Notes: generated from the letters alone by a model not told the origin. A DNA stretch of 64,000 nt from Thermoplasmata archaeon (GCA_021817605.1 JAKAUN010000012.1:7507-71506); one strand, 5' to 3'. Shown: positions 49,101-57,879, counted from the first letter of the stretch. Program-made: numbers and translations.

Positions 49101-49902
49101 AGAGCACATCGTGGGTGGCTCCCTTCGTGAGGTTGACGTAAAGGTCGAGCGTGAAGGGGAACGTCACCGCCAGCGAGGGGCCGAAACCGGCGTAGAAGCG
49201 GGCGAGGTAGATCTTCCCCGCGGTCCCGTGGAGCGTGCTCAGGGGCAGCCCTGCGCTCACCGCGGAGAAGTTCCAGATGTTGTCCTCGAACTTGAGGCGG
49301 CTGCCGTTGAGGTGGACCGCGTTCTCGACCCAGAAGACCCCCGTCGGCGAGGTCGCGTGGGGATAGGAGATGTTCACGGCGACCGCGGCGAGCTTGACGA
49401 CCGCCCAGTCGGGGGCCTGGTACGAAGGGGAGGCCTCATACCCCGGCTCGAAGGCGCGGAACGTTTGGAAGGCGAGGGTGCCCTCGAACCCCTTCGTCCG
49501 GTAAGTGTAGGCCCCGGCGGCGTTAACCCCGAGATCGGAGATTCCCATCGGCGCCGGGACGGTCGAGAAGGTTGGGACGACCAGGCCCTTGCTGCTGAGC
49601 GTCGGGTTGACGTTCGGGTTCGGGGGAAGGACCTTCCAGAGGGGAAGGCCGGCGGCCCCGGAGGGCAAGGTGGCCTGGGTGACGAGGGGCTGGCCGGAGA
49701 GGGCCGAAGTCGGAAGATGGGCGAGGGGACTGTTCGCCCCAGTGGGAGCGCTAGCGGGGACCCCGGAAGGGTGCGTGGCGTACCCTGGGCTCGACGGGAG
49801 GTGCCCCGAGGGAAGAAGGAAGCCTGCCAAGCCCCCGACGAGCATGAGCATCGCGAGCGCCAGCGCTAGCACGGTCCCACCCGGGCGCCGCCGACCGTTC
49901 AT
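46165..49902 (-). CDS. Thermopsin-family protein with right-handed beta-helix domain and C-terminal membrane anchor (1245 aa)
   Basis: PAPMGISDLG, FWVENAV, EDNIWNFS, YDSELVVGGNGGG, FGVDSSETASG, parallel beta-helix repeats, NYWADW, FTESGLAGGQAW, TM plus YRRRGRR. Confidence 0.85.
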   Translation of the reverse strand: MNGRRRPGGTVLALALAMLMLVGGLAGFLLPSGHLPSSPGYATHPSGVPASAPTGANSPLAHLPTSALSGQPLVTQATLPSGAAGLPLWKVLPPNPNVNPTLSSKGLVVPTFSTVPAPMGISDLGVNAAGAYTYRTKGFEGTLAFQTFRAFEPGYEASPSYQAPDWAVVKLAAVAVNISYPHATSPTGVFWVENAVHLNGSRLKFEDNIWNFSAVSAGLPLSTLHGTAGKIYLARFYAGFGPSLAVTFPFTLDLYVNLTKGATHDVLYFNYTIINNLGARLPGTYDIVTFNGTASSASPPQFEVSGSGYTPAGLLYDSELVVGGNGGGAHTNLLDLSATAKLREWAHATSKFLPVRSAYDFGVDSSETASGIASHYVNKSGKPVPTVHLVQGPSMLYGLWNTSSATGVAPAAKSGWIGVNLSSSPDYAFLFANLSSATAYAYAPSGATGTMTTELPPPPTGAPYVFDAWADGYQPSANVPVSGNTTQTVSLTASPSILDAPVYLNGDTQAAALGAARVTGMGYAGSSPATLWLNASAVQLAAPFRSLNDESYPAFQLLVAQGLSTNVVVNGFEQSRFTFNYTSDLGTSRYLPGWTQGYFFFGGSGRFTVGNTSLEAAPSAVPQAVPTLPAPTVEFYFTHGSSAYQLSSSLDAHAVTAFGVSSLRLSNISAVSGGKAVVASNSTNLTITTVSADGQDPLFHPSVGITLTGVRRTSIVGLAASNLAEGLTSAGSTYLNLSSLSVASGATGVSATATGSANVVWMNVTGGVPSAAGNWTGSNELSFKHLGVRGTGLVLTNDLVVTMVNCSAQGPGSSVVQSFNGSKQGTFTGINASNSATGLNLTLASNLTVTDVVAQSQSLGVAVAGSTGATVTNVLAETNSLGVLWNLSSTGTISTVSAFVDSLGVWAENASGLTISGVKASNNSLDREAYFSIPGSLSSYPIAAVGLLHDNGITVTDVQATYYPFAVWANYTQGLTLTSVIGWYCGTVVSDFENATLGEAHSLISQVFSFGSRLGILLVNCEYVKVEASTLEASQGFGINISNGSSNNVTNTNFVANNNSSVTGGYSVSHAQAWTNRVTNHFYENYWADWPGIGRYPINNSVDIKPLTTGFYSFYLEFTESGLAGGQAWTFALGNYPAYTTTSSVVYIPGWTLSAGRLPFKVLAPVGVAANPRYGNVSWAGATLPPIHIVFGTPVHPLMILGVAAWLFLTVVGAVVAVVVGVFFYRRRGRRPPAPRTNPLDEPFP

Positions 49903-50402
49903 GGAAGGGACGGCGAAGCCGGGGAGGGGTATTTACCCCTAGCTCGAGCGGCCGTGCCCCCCGCCGCGCCCTGGGAGGCGGGGGGGACCAAGCCGGTCCG
50001 CCGGTCCCGCAGGAACTCGGTGGTCTTCCTGCGATGGCAGTCCCGACAGACCGCGCGCAGGTTGGAGTATTCCAACGCAGGGCCACCGGCCGCGATCTCC
50101 AGGATGTGGTCGACGTCGAGCTCGCGTGCCCTCTGACGCCGGCCGCAGACCTGGCAGGTGTAGCGGTCCCGAAGCATGACGTAGGAGCGCGCGGAGTCCC
50201 AGAAGTAGTGCCCGTGGAACTTCCAGCGGCACCGGCGGGAGCAGTACGGCGTCCTTCCCGAAGGCAACCCACGCCCGCACTCGACACACCTCTTTTCCCG
50301 CCGCGCCTCCGCACGTCGCCGGGCGCCGTCGGAGAACCACGCGACCGAGAGCGCCAGGATCCTGCCGCTCGGCTCGACCCGGACGGAGGCGGCAGCCGGC
50401 AT
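49899..50402 (-). CDS. HNH endonuclease with N-terminal Cys4 zinc finger
   Basis: CVECG...YCSRRC, RDRYTCQVCG...VDHILEIAAGG....SNLRAVCRDCHRRKT. Confidence 0.85.
   Translation of the reverse strand: MPAAASVRVEPSGRILALSVAWFSDGARRRAEARREKRCVECGRGLPSGRTPYCSRRCRWKFHGHYFWDSARSYVMLRDRYTCQVCGRRQRARELDVDHILEIAAGGPALEYSNLRAVCRDCHRRKTTEFLRDRRTGLVPPASQGAAGGTAARARGKYPSPASPSLP
49925..49940 (-). promoter_or_regulatory. Palindrome centred on the TATA box of the thermopsin gene
   Basis: AGGGGTA-TT-TACCCCT, with minus-strand TAAATA about 30 nt before ATG 49902. Confidence 0.5.
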
Positions 50403-50517
50403 CGTCCCCCGGGGGCGGGAGAGGGGGGATGAGCGTTCGCTTCGAGGCGAAGGAAGCCGGACGAGGAGCCGAGGGACCTATACCCCGGCTCGGCAGGGCC
50501 GGGGACGGGGGCCGAGA

Positions 50518-51825
50518 ACGAACGTCCTGTCCGCGGGGCTCCTGGGGGCGGTCTTCGCCGCCGTCGTGGCCCGGCAGCTCTCCGGGAGGGGACCGCCGGT
50601 CTGGACGGTCTTCGTCGCCGGGGCGCTCGTCACCGTCCTTGTCGGGGTCCTTTCTCTCGCAGGGGCGGAGACGACGCTCGCCGCAGCGCTCCCGGTTCTT
50701 GGGTTCCTGTTCGCCCTCCTGCTCTTCGCGACCGCCCTCGATCGGGCAGGGGCGATCGACCACCTCGCCCGCTGGCTGCTCGGACGTGCCCGTCGCTCCT
50801 CGGACCTTCCTGCCGTCCTCTTCGTAGGGTTCGGCATCGCCTCGGCCTTCCTCGTCAACGACGCTCTGGCGGTCCTCGGGGTGCCGGTGCTCCTCTCCGT
50901 CTCACGACGCCTCGGAAAACCGGCTCGGCCCCTCCTCCTGGTGCTCGCCTTCTCGGTGACCGTCGGGAGCGTCCTCACCCCGTTCGGCAACCCGCAGAAC
51001 CTCCTGGTCGCCCTCAACAGCGGCATCGCCCTCCCGGTAGTGACGTTCCTTCGGTTCCTCCTCCTGCCCACCGTCGCGAGCCTCGTCCTCGGGGCGTTCT
51101 ACCTGAGGAAGGTCTTTGGGCCCGAGCTTGCCAGCCCGGCACCCGAGTACGCCGCGCTCCGCTCCGAGGCGCCCCGCCTCTTCCCGTCCGGGGGCTGGAG
51201 GCAGCGGCTCCTCCGCGCCCCGGTCCTCTGGGTCTTCCCCGGCACGCTCCTCACGATCATCACCTGGGAGGTGATGGCGGCGTTCACCCACGGCCCGGAC
51301 GTGCCGGCCTGGCAGACGGCTCTGGGAGGAGCGGTCGTCCTCCTCCTTGCGACCCCGACGCGGACGGGGATCGTGCGGCGGCTCAACTGGGAGATCCTCC
51401 TGCTCTTCGCCGGGCTCTTCGTGGTCGTGGGGGGCGCGGCCCATGGGGGCGTCTTCGCCGCCCTGGAGTCCCACTTCCCCGTGCCCGGCCCCGGCGAGCC
51501 CCGCGGCGGCATCCTCGCCATCACGGGCTGGTCGCTCCTCGGCTCGCAGCTCGTGAGCAACGTTCCGTGGGTCGCGCTCCAGCTCCCTCTCCTCAAGGCG
51601 GCCGGGTATTCTGCGGCGACCCCGGTCGCGTGGATGGCGCTCGCGGCCGGCAGCACCCTTGCCGGGAACATCACTCTCCTCGGCGCGGCGAGCAACCTCA
51701 TCGTGGCGGAGCTCTCCGAGAAGGCGGGAGTGCCCCTCCGGCTCGGGACCTTTGTCCGGTACGGCCTGCCGCTGGCGGCGCTTACGGTGGGCCTCCTCCT
51801 TGTCGCCCTCCTCCTGGGAGTCTGA
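50518..51825 (+). CDS. ArsB/NhaD/SLC13-family anion permease
   Basis: SAFLVND, GSVLTPFGNPQNL, SQLVSNVP, STLAGNITLLGAASNLIVAE. First TM extends upstream of GTG 50566, so the start is uncertain. Confidence 0.88.
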   Translation, partial: TNVLSAGLLGAVFAAVVARQLSGRGPPVWTVFVAGALVTVLVGVLSLAGAETTLAAALPVLGFLFALLLFATALDRAGAIDHLARWLLGRARRSSDLPAVLFVGFGIASAFLVNDALAVLGVPVLLSVSRRLGKPARPLLLVLAFSVTVGSVLTPFGNPQNLLVALNSGIALPVVTFLRFLLLPTVASLVLGAFYLRKVFGPELASPAPEYAALRSEAPRLFPSGGWRQRLLRAPVLWVFPGTLLTIITWEVMAAFTHGPDVPAWQTALGGAVVLLLATPTRTGIVRRLNWEILLLFAGLFVVVGGAAHGGVFAALESHFPVPGPGEPRGGILAITGWSLLGSQLVSNVPWVALQLPLLKAAGYSAATPVAWMALAAGSTLAGNITLLGAASNLIVAELSEKAGVPLRLGTFVRYGLPLAALTVGLLLVALLLGV

Positions 51826-51871
51826 GGCAAGAGCCAAAGGCGCCGCTCGCCGTCGGTCGGGCGGAGGAGCC

Positions 51872-52891
51872 GTGCGTTTCCCGCTGGCCGACTTTCTGGA
51901 CGCCCACCGGGACTGCCGTCACAATCTCGGGGAGAGCGGCATGCACGGCACGCTTCCCCCGCCTCCCGCCCCCGCCCGCACGCGCGGGCGTGAGGTCCTC
52001 GACGACCTCCGCGAGGAGCTCGCCCGCTCGATCGGCATCCCGCCCGATCGGCTCACGCTCACGCACGGGGCCACGGAGGCGAACGCCTGGGTCACCTTCT
52101 ACCTCCGCCGCGGGACGGGGGTCCGTCGGCCGTCCTGCCGCGTGCGTCTCCCCGAGTATCCTCCCCTGTTCGAGGTCGCTCAGGCCGCGGGCTTCCGCCT
52201 CGTAGAGGACCAGCAGAGGGCGCAGCTGGCGGTGGTGTCACGTCCGAGAAACCCCGAAGGCGACCTCTGGGACCGCTCCCGGCTGCTCGCCTGGGCGGAG
52301 GGGGCGCCTCAGCTGCTCGTGGACGAGACGTTCCGCGAGTTCGCCGACGCGAGGTCGCTCGCCCGTGGCGGCGACCGGGGAATCTGGGTGAGCGGAAGCT
52401 TCACGAAGTTCTACGGCGCGGACGATCTCCGGGTGGGCTACGTCATCGCGCCTCCGGAAGAGGCGGAACGGTTCGGCCGGTTCGCCGGCCTCGTCCTGGA
52501 CGAGCTCTCTCCCGCCTCGGCCGCCGGGGCACTTACCCTTCTTCGGCGCCGCACGGCCGTTCGCCGCGAGGTGCGGCGGGTCCTCGACCGCAATCTCGCC
52601 GTGCTGGCCGCGGCGGACCCGACCTCTCCCCGCCCTGTCGGCCCGGTCTACTTCGACCGAAGCGTCACGGACGCCGACCGGCTTGTCGACCGCTGCCTGG
52701 AGGCCTCCGTGCTCGTCACGCCGGGAAGGTTCTTCGGCGAGCCGGGCGGAGTACGGATCGGCCTTACCCGCCGGAGCTTCCCGAAAGACCTGGACGCCTA
52801 CTTGCGGATACGCCGGCAGTTCGCACCGGGACGGCTCAGGGCGCCGGCGAACGGGAGGGGCGCTCGACGGCGCCGTGGGGGAGCCGGTTGA
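51872..52891 (+). CDS. Class I/II PLP-dependent aminotransferase (HisC/CobD-like)
   Basis: THGATEAN, PRNPEG, VDETFREF, SGSFTKFYGADDLRVGY. Confidence 0.85.
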   Translation: MRFPLADFLDAHRDCRHNLGESGMHGTLPPPPAPARTRGREVLDDLREELARSIGIPPDRLTLTHGATEANAWVTFYLRRGTGVRRPSCRVRLPEYPPLFEVAQAAGFRLVEDQQRAQLAVVSRPRNPEGDLWDRSRLLAWAEGAPQLLVDETFREFADARSLARGGDRGIWVSGSFTKFYGADDLRVGYVIAPPEEAERFGRFAGLVLDELSPASAAGALTLLRRRTAVRREVRRVLDRNLAVLAAADPTSPRPVGPVYFDRSVTDADRLVDRCLEASVLVTPGRFFGEPGGVRIGLTRRSFPKDLDAYLRIRRQFAPGRLRAPANGRGARRRRGGAG

Positions 52892-53105
52892 GGAAGAGGC
52901 GGGCGAACGTGGGTGACGGGGGAGCGGGCAGCTCGCGTCGCCCTTCGTACTCCTTGAGGAACGTCGAGGCGAACTTCTCGGCGCGTCGCCCGTCGGTCTC
53001 CCGGGCGAGGAGGAACCCTCGGGCGAGCTCGGTGAGGACCGATCGCGGCGGCACGACCTCCTCGACGGGGAGGAGCCCGTCCCCCGCGTCCTCCTCAGGT
53101 GCCAT
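52836..53105 (-). CDS. Small hypothetical protein
   Basis: MAPEEDAGDGLLPVEEVVPPRSVLTELARGFLL..., protein-like, fills the intergenic gap. Confidence 0.45.
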   Translation of the reverse strand: MAPEEDAGDGLLPVEEVVPPRSVLTELARGFLLARETDGRRAEKFASTFLKEYEGRRELPAPPSPTFARLFLNRLPHGAVERPSRSPAP

Positions 53106-53222
53106 CCCGTAGGTACGGCTCGCTGTTTCCCTCAAAAAGGGTCGGCTCCAGAGGCGAAGCCCTCCGGGGGCTCGGACGGCGAACCTAATACGAGCCGTCT
53201 CGCCTCCCCGGGGGGGAACTCC

Positions 53223-54608
53223 ATGAGCCAGAGCACACCACCTCGGGCCGCGCCGTCCGTGCCGTCGAACGAGGAGCGGCGGGGTGTCGTGATCCGGACA
53301 CCCATCCCCGGACCGGCCGCCGGCCCGATCATCGAGCGAGACCATCGCTATCTCATGACCAGCACGAAGTCGGCCCCGATCGTCGCGGCGAGCGGCGACG
53401 GCGTCTGGGTGACGGACGTCGACGGCAACCGCCTCCTCGATTTCGCGAGCGGGGTCGGGGTGCTCGCGGTCGGCCACTCCCATCCTGAGGTCGTCCGCGC
53501 CGTGCGCGAGCAGATCGGAAAGCTCTCGCACTTTGCGGGGACCGACTTCTACTACGAGAACCAGACCGTCCTCGCCGAGAAGCTCTCCCGCATCACGCCG
53601 GGCTCGTTCGAGAAGAAGGTCTTCTTCACGAACAGCGGAACGGAGAGCGTCGAGGCGGCGCTCAAGCTCGTCCGCTACTACCGCCAGCGGCCTATCGTCA
53701 TCGGCCTCCTCGGGGCTTTCCATGGACGCACGATGGGGGCCCTCTCGCTCACCTCCTCAAAGCCGGTCCAGCGGGCGCGCTTCGGGCCCTACGTGGGCGG
53801 CGGCCACCACATCCCTGCGCCGAACTGCTACCGTTGCCCGTACAACCTCACCTATCCGAGCTGCGACCTCTACTGCGCGAAGATCCTCGAGGAGCTCTAC
53901 TTCCACACCTCGATCCCCCCGGAGGATGTCGCGGCGTTCCTGGCCGAGCCGATCCAGGGCGAGGGCGGCTACGTCGTTCCGCCGCCTCGCTGGTTCACGA
54001 CCCTGCGTACGATCCTCGACCGCTACGGGATCCCCTTGATCGACGACGAGGTCCAGGCCGGCATGGGCCGTACCGGTCGCTGGTTCGGCATCGAGCACCA
54101 CGGCGTCGTGCCGGAGGTCGTCACGATGGCGAAGGCCCTCGGAGGGGGCCTGCCGATGGGCGCGATCGCCTTCGACGCAAAGCTCGACTATCCGCATCCG
54201 GGGTCGCACTCGAACACCTTCGGAGGCAACCTCACGGCGGTCGCCGCCTCGCTCGCGACGATCGACGTGATCGAGAAGGAGAAGCTGCTCGACAACGCGC
54301 GCATCCAGGGAGACCACCTGCTCGCCCGCCTGCGCGAGCTTAAGGGACGGCACCCCGAGATCGGCGACGTGCGGGGGATCGGCCTCATGACCGCGACCGA
54401 GTTCGTACGGGACCCGCGCACCAAGGAGCCGGCGCCCGAGTTCCGCGACCGGGTCCTGGAGGAGGCCGTCCAACGCGGGCTCATCCTCCTCGGCTGCGGC
54501 CGTTCGTCGATCCGTTACATCCCGCCTCTGGTGGTGCGACGCGAGGAGATCGACGAGGCGATCGAGATTCTCGACGCCTCCGTCCGGGCGGCGCGCGGCC
54601 GCGCATGA
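53223..54608 (+). CDS. Class III PLP aminotransferase (4-aminobutyrate/acetylornithine type)
   Basis: DVDGNRLLDF, NSGTESVEAA, FHGRT, EPIQGEGG, DEVQAGMGRTG, AKALGGG, NTFGGN. Confidence 0.93.
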   Translation: MSQSTPPRAAPSVPSNEERRGVVIRTPIPGPAAGPIIERDHRYLMTSTKSAPIVAASGDGVWVTDVDGNRLLDFASGVGVLAVGHSHPEVVRAVREQIGKLSHFAGTDFYYENQTVLAEKLSRITPGSFEKKVFFTNSGTESVEAALKLVRYYRQRPIVIGLLGAFHGRTMGALSLTSSKPVQRARFGPYVGGGHHIPAPNCYRCPYNLTYPSCDLYCAKILEELYFHTSIPPEDVAAFLAEPIQGEGGYVVPPPRWFTTLRTILDRYGIPLIDDEVQAGMGRTGRWFGIEHHGVVPEVVTMAKALGGGLPMGAIAFDAKLDYPHPGSHSNTFGGNLTAVAASLATIDVIEKEKLLDNARIQGDHLLARLRELKGRHPEIGDVRGIGLMTATEFVRDPRTKEPAPEFRDRVLEEAVQRGLILLGCGRSSIRYIPPLVVRREEIDEAIEILDASVRAARGRA

Positions 54609-55642
54609 AGGTCGGCCGGCTTGCCGGCCCGGGCCAGGTCGTCGTCGCCGAGGTCCCCGAGCCGAGGCCGGGGCCCGGGGAGATCACCGTTCGGCTGGCC
54701 GCCTGCGGGGTCTGCGGGACCGACCTCGAGAAGGTCCGGGGCAACTACCGGACCGCCGGGATCCTCGGCCACGAGCCGGTCGGTGTCGTGGCCGAGGTCG
54801 GCCCCGGGGCCGAGCGGGTGGCCCCCGGCGAGCGCGTCTTCGTCCACCATCACGTCCCCTGTTACGCGTGCGAGGTCTGCCGTCGCGGCGATTTCACGTT
54901 CTGCCCGAGCTATTCACGGACGAACCTCGACCCGGGCGGCTTCGCGGAGCTCTTCCGCGTCCCCCGGGAGAACGTGGAGCGCGGGGCCGTCCTCCGCCTC
55001 GACCCGTCGGTCGGGTGGGAGGTCGGGGCCCTCCTCGAGCCGGCGGCGTGCGCCCTCACCGCGCTCAAAAGGGTCGGGCTCGGCCCAGGGACGAGCGTTT
55101 TCTTCCTCGGCCTAGGGCCGGTGGGACTGCTCTACGCCCGTCTCGCCCGCGCGCTCGGCGCACGGTGGGTCGGCGGGACCGAGATCTCGGAGCTCCGCCG
55201 CCGCGTGGCCGTCGCGGGAGGCCTCGACGCGTGCGTCGACCCGAGAGAGGCCGGGGCGGCGCGTGCGGCGGTCGATGCGGCGAACGCCGGACAGGGCGTG
55301 GACCTCGCCGTCGTGGCGACCGGGCAGCCGGCGGTCGTCGCCAGCGCCTTTGGCCTGGTCCGACGCGGCGGGACGGTGAATCTCTTCGGCCTGCCCGAGG
55401 CCCGTAGCCGCCTTGACGTCGACCTCCAGCGCCTCTACCTCGAGGGGATCCGCCTCGTGCCCTCCTACGCGACCACGGAGCCCGACATCGCCGAGGTCCA
55501 CGCGCTCCTGGTCGCCGGCAAGCTCAGGGTCGACGACCTCGTCACGCACCGCGTCCCGCTTTCCGAGCTTCCCAGGGCCTTCGAGCTCGCCGGACGGCCG
55601 GCGGAGGCCGCGAAGGTGGTCGTGACCGGACCGGCGTGGTAG
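54605..55642 (+). CDS. Zinc-dependent medium-chain alcohol/polyol dehydrogenase
   Basis: CGTD, GHE, CYACEVC...C, EP, GLGPVG. ATGA overlap with the aminotransferase. Confidence 0.9.
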   Translation: MKVGRLAGPGQVVVAEVPEPRPGPGEITVRLAACGVCGTDLEKVRGNYRTAGILGHEPVGVVAEVGPGAERVAPGERVFVHHHVPCYACEVCRRGDFTFCPSYSRTNLDPGGFAELFRVPRENVERGAVLRLDPSVGWEVGALLEPAACALTALKRVGLGPGTSVFFLGLGPVGLLYARLARALGARWVGGTEISELRRRVAVAGGLDACVDPREAGAARAAVDAANAGQGVDLAVVATGQPAVVASAFGLVRRGGTVNLFGLPEARSRLDVDLQRLYLEGIRLVPSYATTEPDIAEVHALLVAGKLRVDDLVTHRVPLSELPRAFELAGRPAEAAKVVVTGPAW

Positions 55643-55664
55643 CCACGTCCCGGGACGGGGCCGT

Positions 55665-56639
55665 TCAGGCCTCGCCGCCCTCGCCAAGGACCTGGTGGCT
55701 CACTCGATGGCCGGCCCGCACGCGGGCCCGTGGCCCGAGCAGGCAGCCGTCGACCGTGGCCTCGCGCTCGACCACGGCCCCGTCCATGAGCACCGAGTTC
55801 TCGACATGCGCGCCGGCCTCGACGACCGCTTCGGCGCCGACCGTGACGTAGCCTCCGAAGGAGGCGCCGCGCGCCTGCGCCCCCTTGAGGAGGGCGACGG
55901 GTCCTTTCCCGAACGACCCCGCGGGGAGGGTCCCGCGGCCTCCGCGCCCGTCGTCGAAGAGGAGGCGCTGCGAGCGCAGCAGGCGCTCGGGGGTCCCTGC
56001 GTCGTCCCAGTAGCGGGAGAGGCGGTAGCCGAAGAGGCCCTGGTCGAGCAGCTTCGGGACGATCTCCTGCTCGAAACTGACGGGCCGCCCGGGCGGGATC
56101 CGGTCGAGGACCTCTCTTCGCCAGACGGAGAGGCCCGCGTTGATCCAGTGCGACGGCGCCGCTTCGGGCTCGGGCTTCTCGACAAAGCCGGTGATGCGGT
56201 CGCCCTCCCCGAGGGCGGCGACGCCGTACGGTCGGGTATCCTCGACCTCGGCGAGCGTCATCGTGCCGATCCCTCCGCTCCTGGCGTGGCGACGCGCGAC
56301 CTCGCCGAGGTCGACGGCGGCGATCACGTCGGAGTTGAGGAGGAAGAACGGGTCGGACATCGTCCCGCCAGCGTTCTTCATCCCTCCGCCGGTGCCGAGG
56401 GGCTCGGCCTCGGAAACCGTGCGGACCGGCCAGCGCGGGGGATGCGCGCGGACGTAGGCGTCGATCTGCTCGGATTTGTAGCCGGTGGCGAGGACGACCT
56501 CCTCGACCTCCGCGGGCAAGAGGTCGAGGACGTGGTAGAGCATCGGCTTGCCCGCGAGGGGGATGAGCTGCTTGGGGACGGTGTAGGTCACCGGTCGCAG
56601 GCGGGTCCCGAACCCGCCGATGAGGACGAGCGCCTTCAT
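55665..56639 (-). CDS. NDP-sugar synthase (mannose-1-phosphate guanylyltransferase-like)
   Basis: LIGGFGTRLRP.T...PK, EPLGTGG, FVEKP, WDDAGTP, hexapeptide tail. Confidence 0.9.
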   Translation of the reverse strand: MKALVLIGGFGTRLRPVTYTVPKQLIPLAGKPMLYHVLDLLPAEVEEVVLATGYKSEQIDAYVRAHPPRWPVRTVSEAEPLGTGGGMKNAGGTMSDPFFLLNSDVIAAVDLGEVARRHARSGGIGTMTLAEVEDTRPYGVAALGEGDRITGFVEKPEPEAAPSHWINAGLSVWRREVLDRIPPGRPVSFEQEIVPKLLDQGLFGYRLSRYWDDAGTPERLLRSQRLLFDDGRGGRGTLPAGSFGKGPVALLKGAQARGASFGGYVTVGAEAVVEAGAHVENSVLMDGAVVEREATVDGCLLGPRARVRAGHRVSHQVLGEGGEA

Positions 56640-56682
56640 CGGGAGCACCACCCGTCGGGAAGAAGCGAGAGGGGCATCCGGC

Positions 56683-57879
56683 CTAGATCACCCCGGAGGT
56701 TTCGCCGTGGGAGACGGCGCGGGAGTACTCGCGCTGGACGGCGCGCTTCAGCAGGGCGGCCGGGCTGCTCCAGAGCGTGAGGGGGCCGAGCGCGCCGGCC
56801 GCGCGGCGGGGCCCCACGGCGACCACGAGCCCCCGCTGCCGGTAGCGGAAAGGGACCAGCGGCGCACCGTTCCATCGGGCGATCACGTTCTGCGCCGCGA
56901 CCCGCGCCTCGGCGAGGGCGACCTGCGCCGTCGCCGGGACGACCGATCCGTCGTCCCCGGGGTCCTTCCACTCGGCCACGTCCCCCACGGCGAAGACCCC
57001 GGGGTGCCCGGGGAGCTCGAGGCAGGCGTCGACCGCGAGGCGGCCGGCGTGTCCGTGGGCGACGGGGAGCTGGCGCGCCACGGGGGGCGCTTCGAGGCCG
57101 GCGCACCAGACGGCGACGTCGAAGACGAGCGTCGTGCCGTCCTCGAGCGTGAGGCGGTCGGACTCGACACGGCGGACGTTGAGGCCGAAGACGAGGCTCA
57201 CCCCCGCCCGTCCAAGGAGGCTCCGCGCACGCTCGACGACCCCGGGCGGGAGCCCGGCCAAGAACGGCAGCGAGCCGGTGATAAGGAAAACGTCCGGCGG
57301 GCGCGTGGGCCGCCCGGTCACTGCGGCCCAGTTGGTCGTGGCGATCTCGGCAGCGACCTCGGTGCCGGTAGCGCCGCCTCCGACGACCAGCACGCGAGGC
57401 CGTCGCTCGCCGGGGAGATCGGCCGAGCCCAGCATCACCTCTCGGAGCCTCCGGGCGAGGGCGAGCGCGCCGCTCAGCCGGTAGACCTGGTGGGTGTGCT
57501 CTCTCGCCCCCTCGACGCCGTAGTAGGCCGCGACGTTGCCGAGCGCGACGACGAGGGCGCCGAAGGCGATCTCGCCCGAGCTCAACGTGAGAGTTCGCGC
57601 TTCCAGGTCGATGCCCTCGACCTCACCCTCCCTCAGCTCCACCAGCGAACGGTCGAAGACCTCGGCGAGCGGCACGATCCAGTCCGCCGATCGGCTGCCC
57701 TCCGCGGCCATCCGGCCGATCTCGTAGAGCTCGGTGCGAAGCACGTGGACCGGATGGCGGTCGACCAGCACGGTCGGGAGAGCGCCGCGCGAGCGTCGGT
57801 GGACCTCCTGGGCGACGGTGAGGCCGGCGTAGCCGGCTCCTGCGACCACGAGAGGACCCTCGCCGAGCTCCGAGCGCAT
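56683..57879 (-). CDS. NDH-2-like FAD-dependent pyridine nucleotide oxidoreductase
   Basis: GAGYAG, GGGATGTEVAAE, WCAG, FAVGD, PATAQVA. Confidence 0.85.
   Translation of the reverse strand: MRSELGEGPLVVAGAGYAGLTVAQEVHRRSRGALPTVLVDRHPVHVLRTELYEIGRMAAEGSRSADWIVPLAEVFDRSLVELREGEVEGIDLEARTLTLSSGEIAFGALVVALGNVAAYYGVEGAREHTHQVYRLSGALALARRLREVMLGSADLPGERRPRVLVVGGGATGTEVAAEIATTNWAAVTGRPTRPPDVFLITGSLPFLAGLPPGVVERARSLLGRAGVSLVFGLNVRRVESDRLTLEDGTTLVFDVAVWCAGLEAPPVARQLPVAHGHAGRLAVDACLELPGHPGVFAVGDVAEWKDPGDDGSVVPATAQVALAEARVAAQNVIARWNGAPLVPFRYRQRGLVVAVGPRRAAGALGPLTLWSSPAALLKRAVQREYSRAVSHGETSGVI

Noticed and set aside
49899-50402. HNH as a mobile element or homing endonuclease
   Set aside because: No interrupted host gene, terminal repeats or target duplication were seen.
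56683-57879. Sulfide:quinone oxidoreductase, given the sulfur genes in the window
   Set aside because: It has a second nucleotide-binding GGGxxGxE motif and NDH-2-type PATAQ, and no recognisable SQR catalytic Cys pair.
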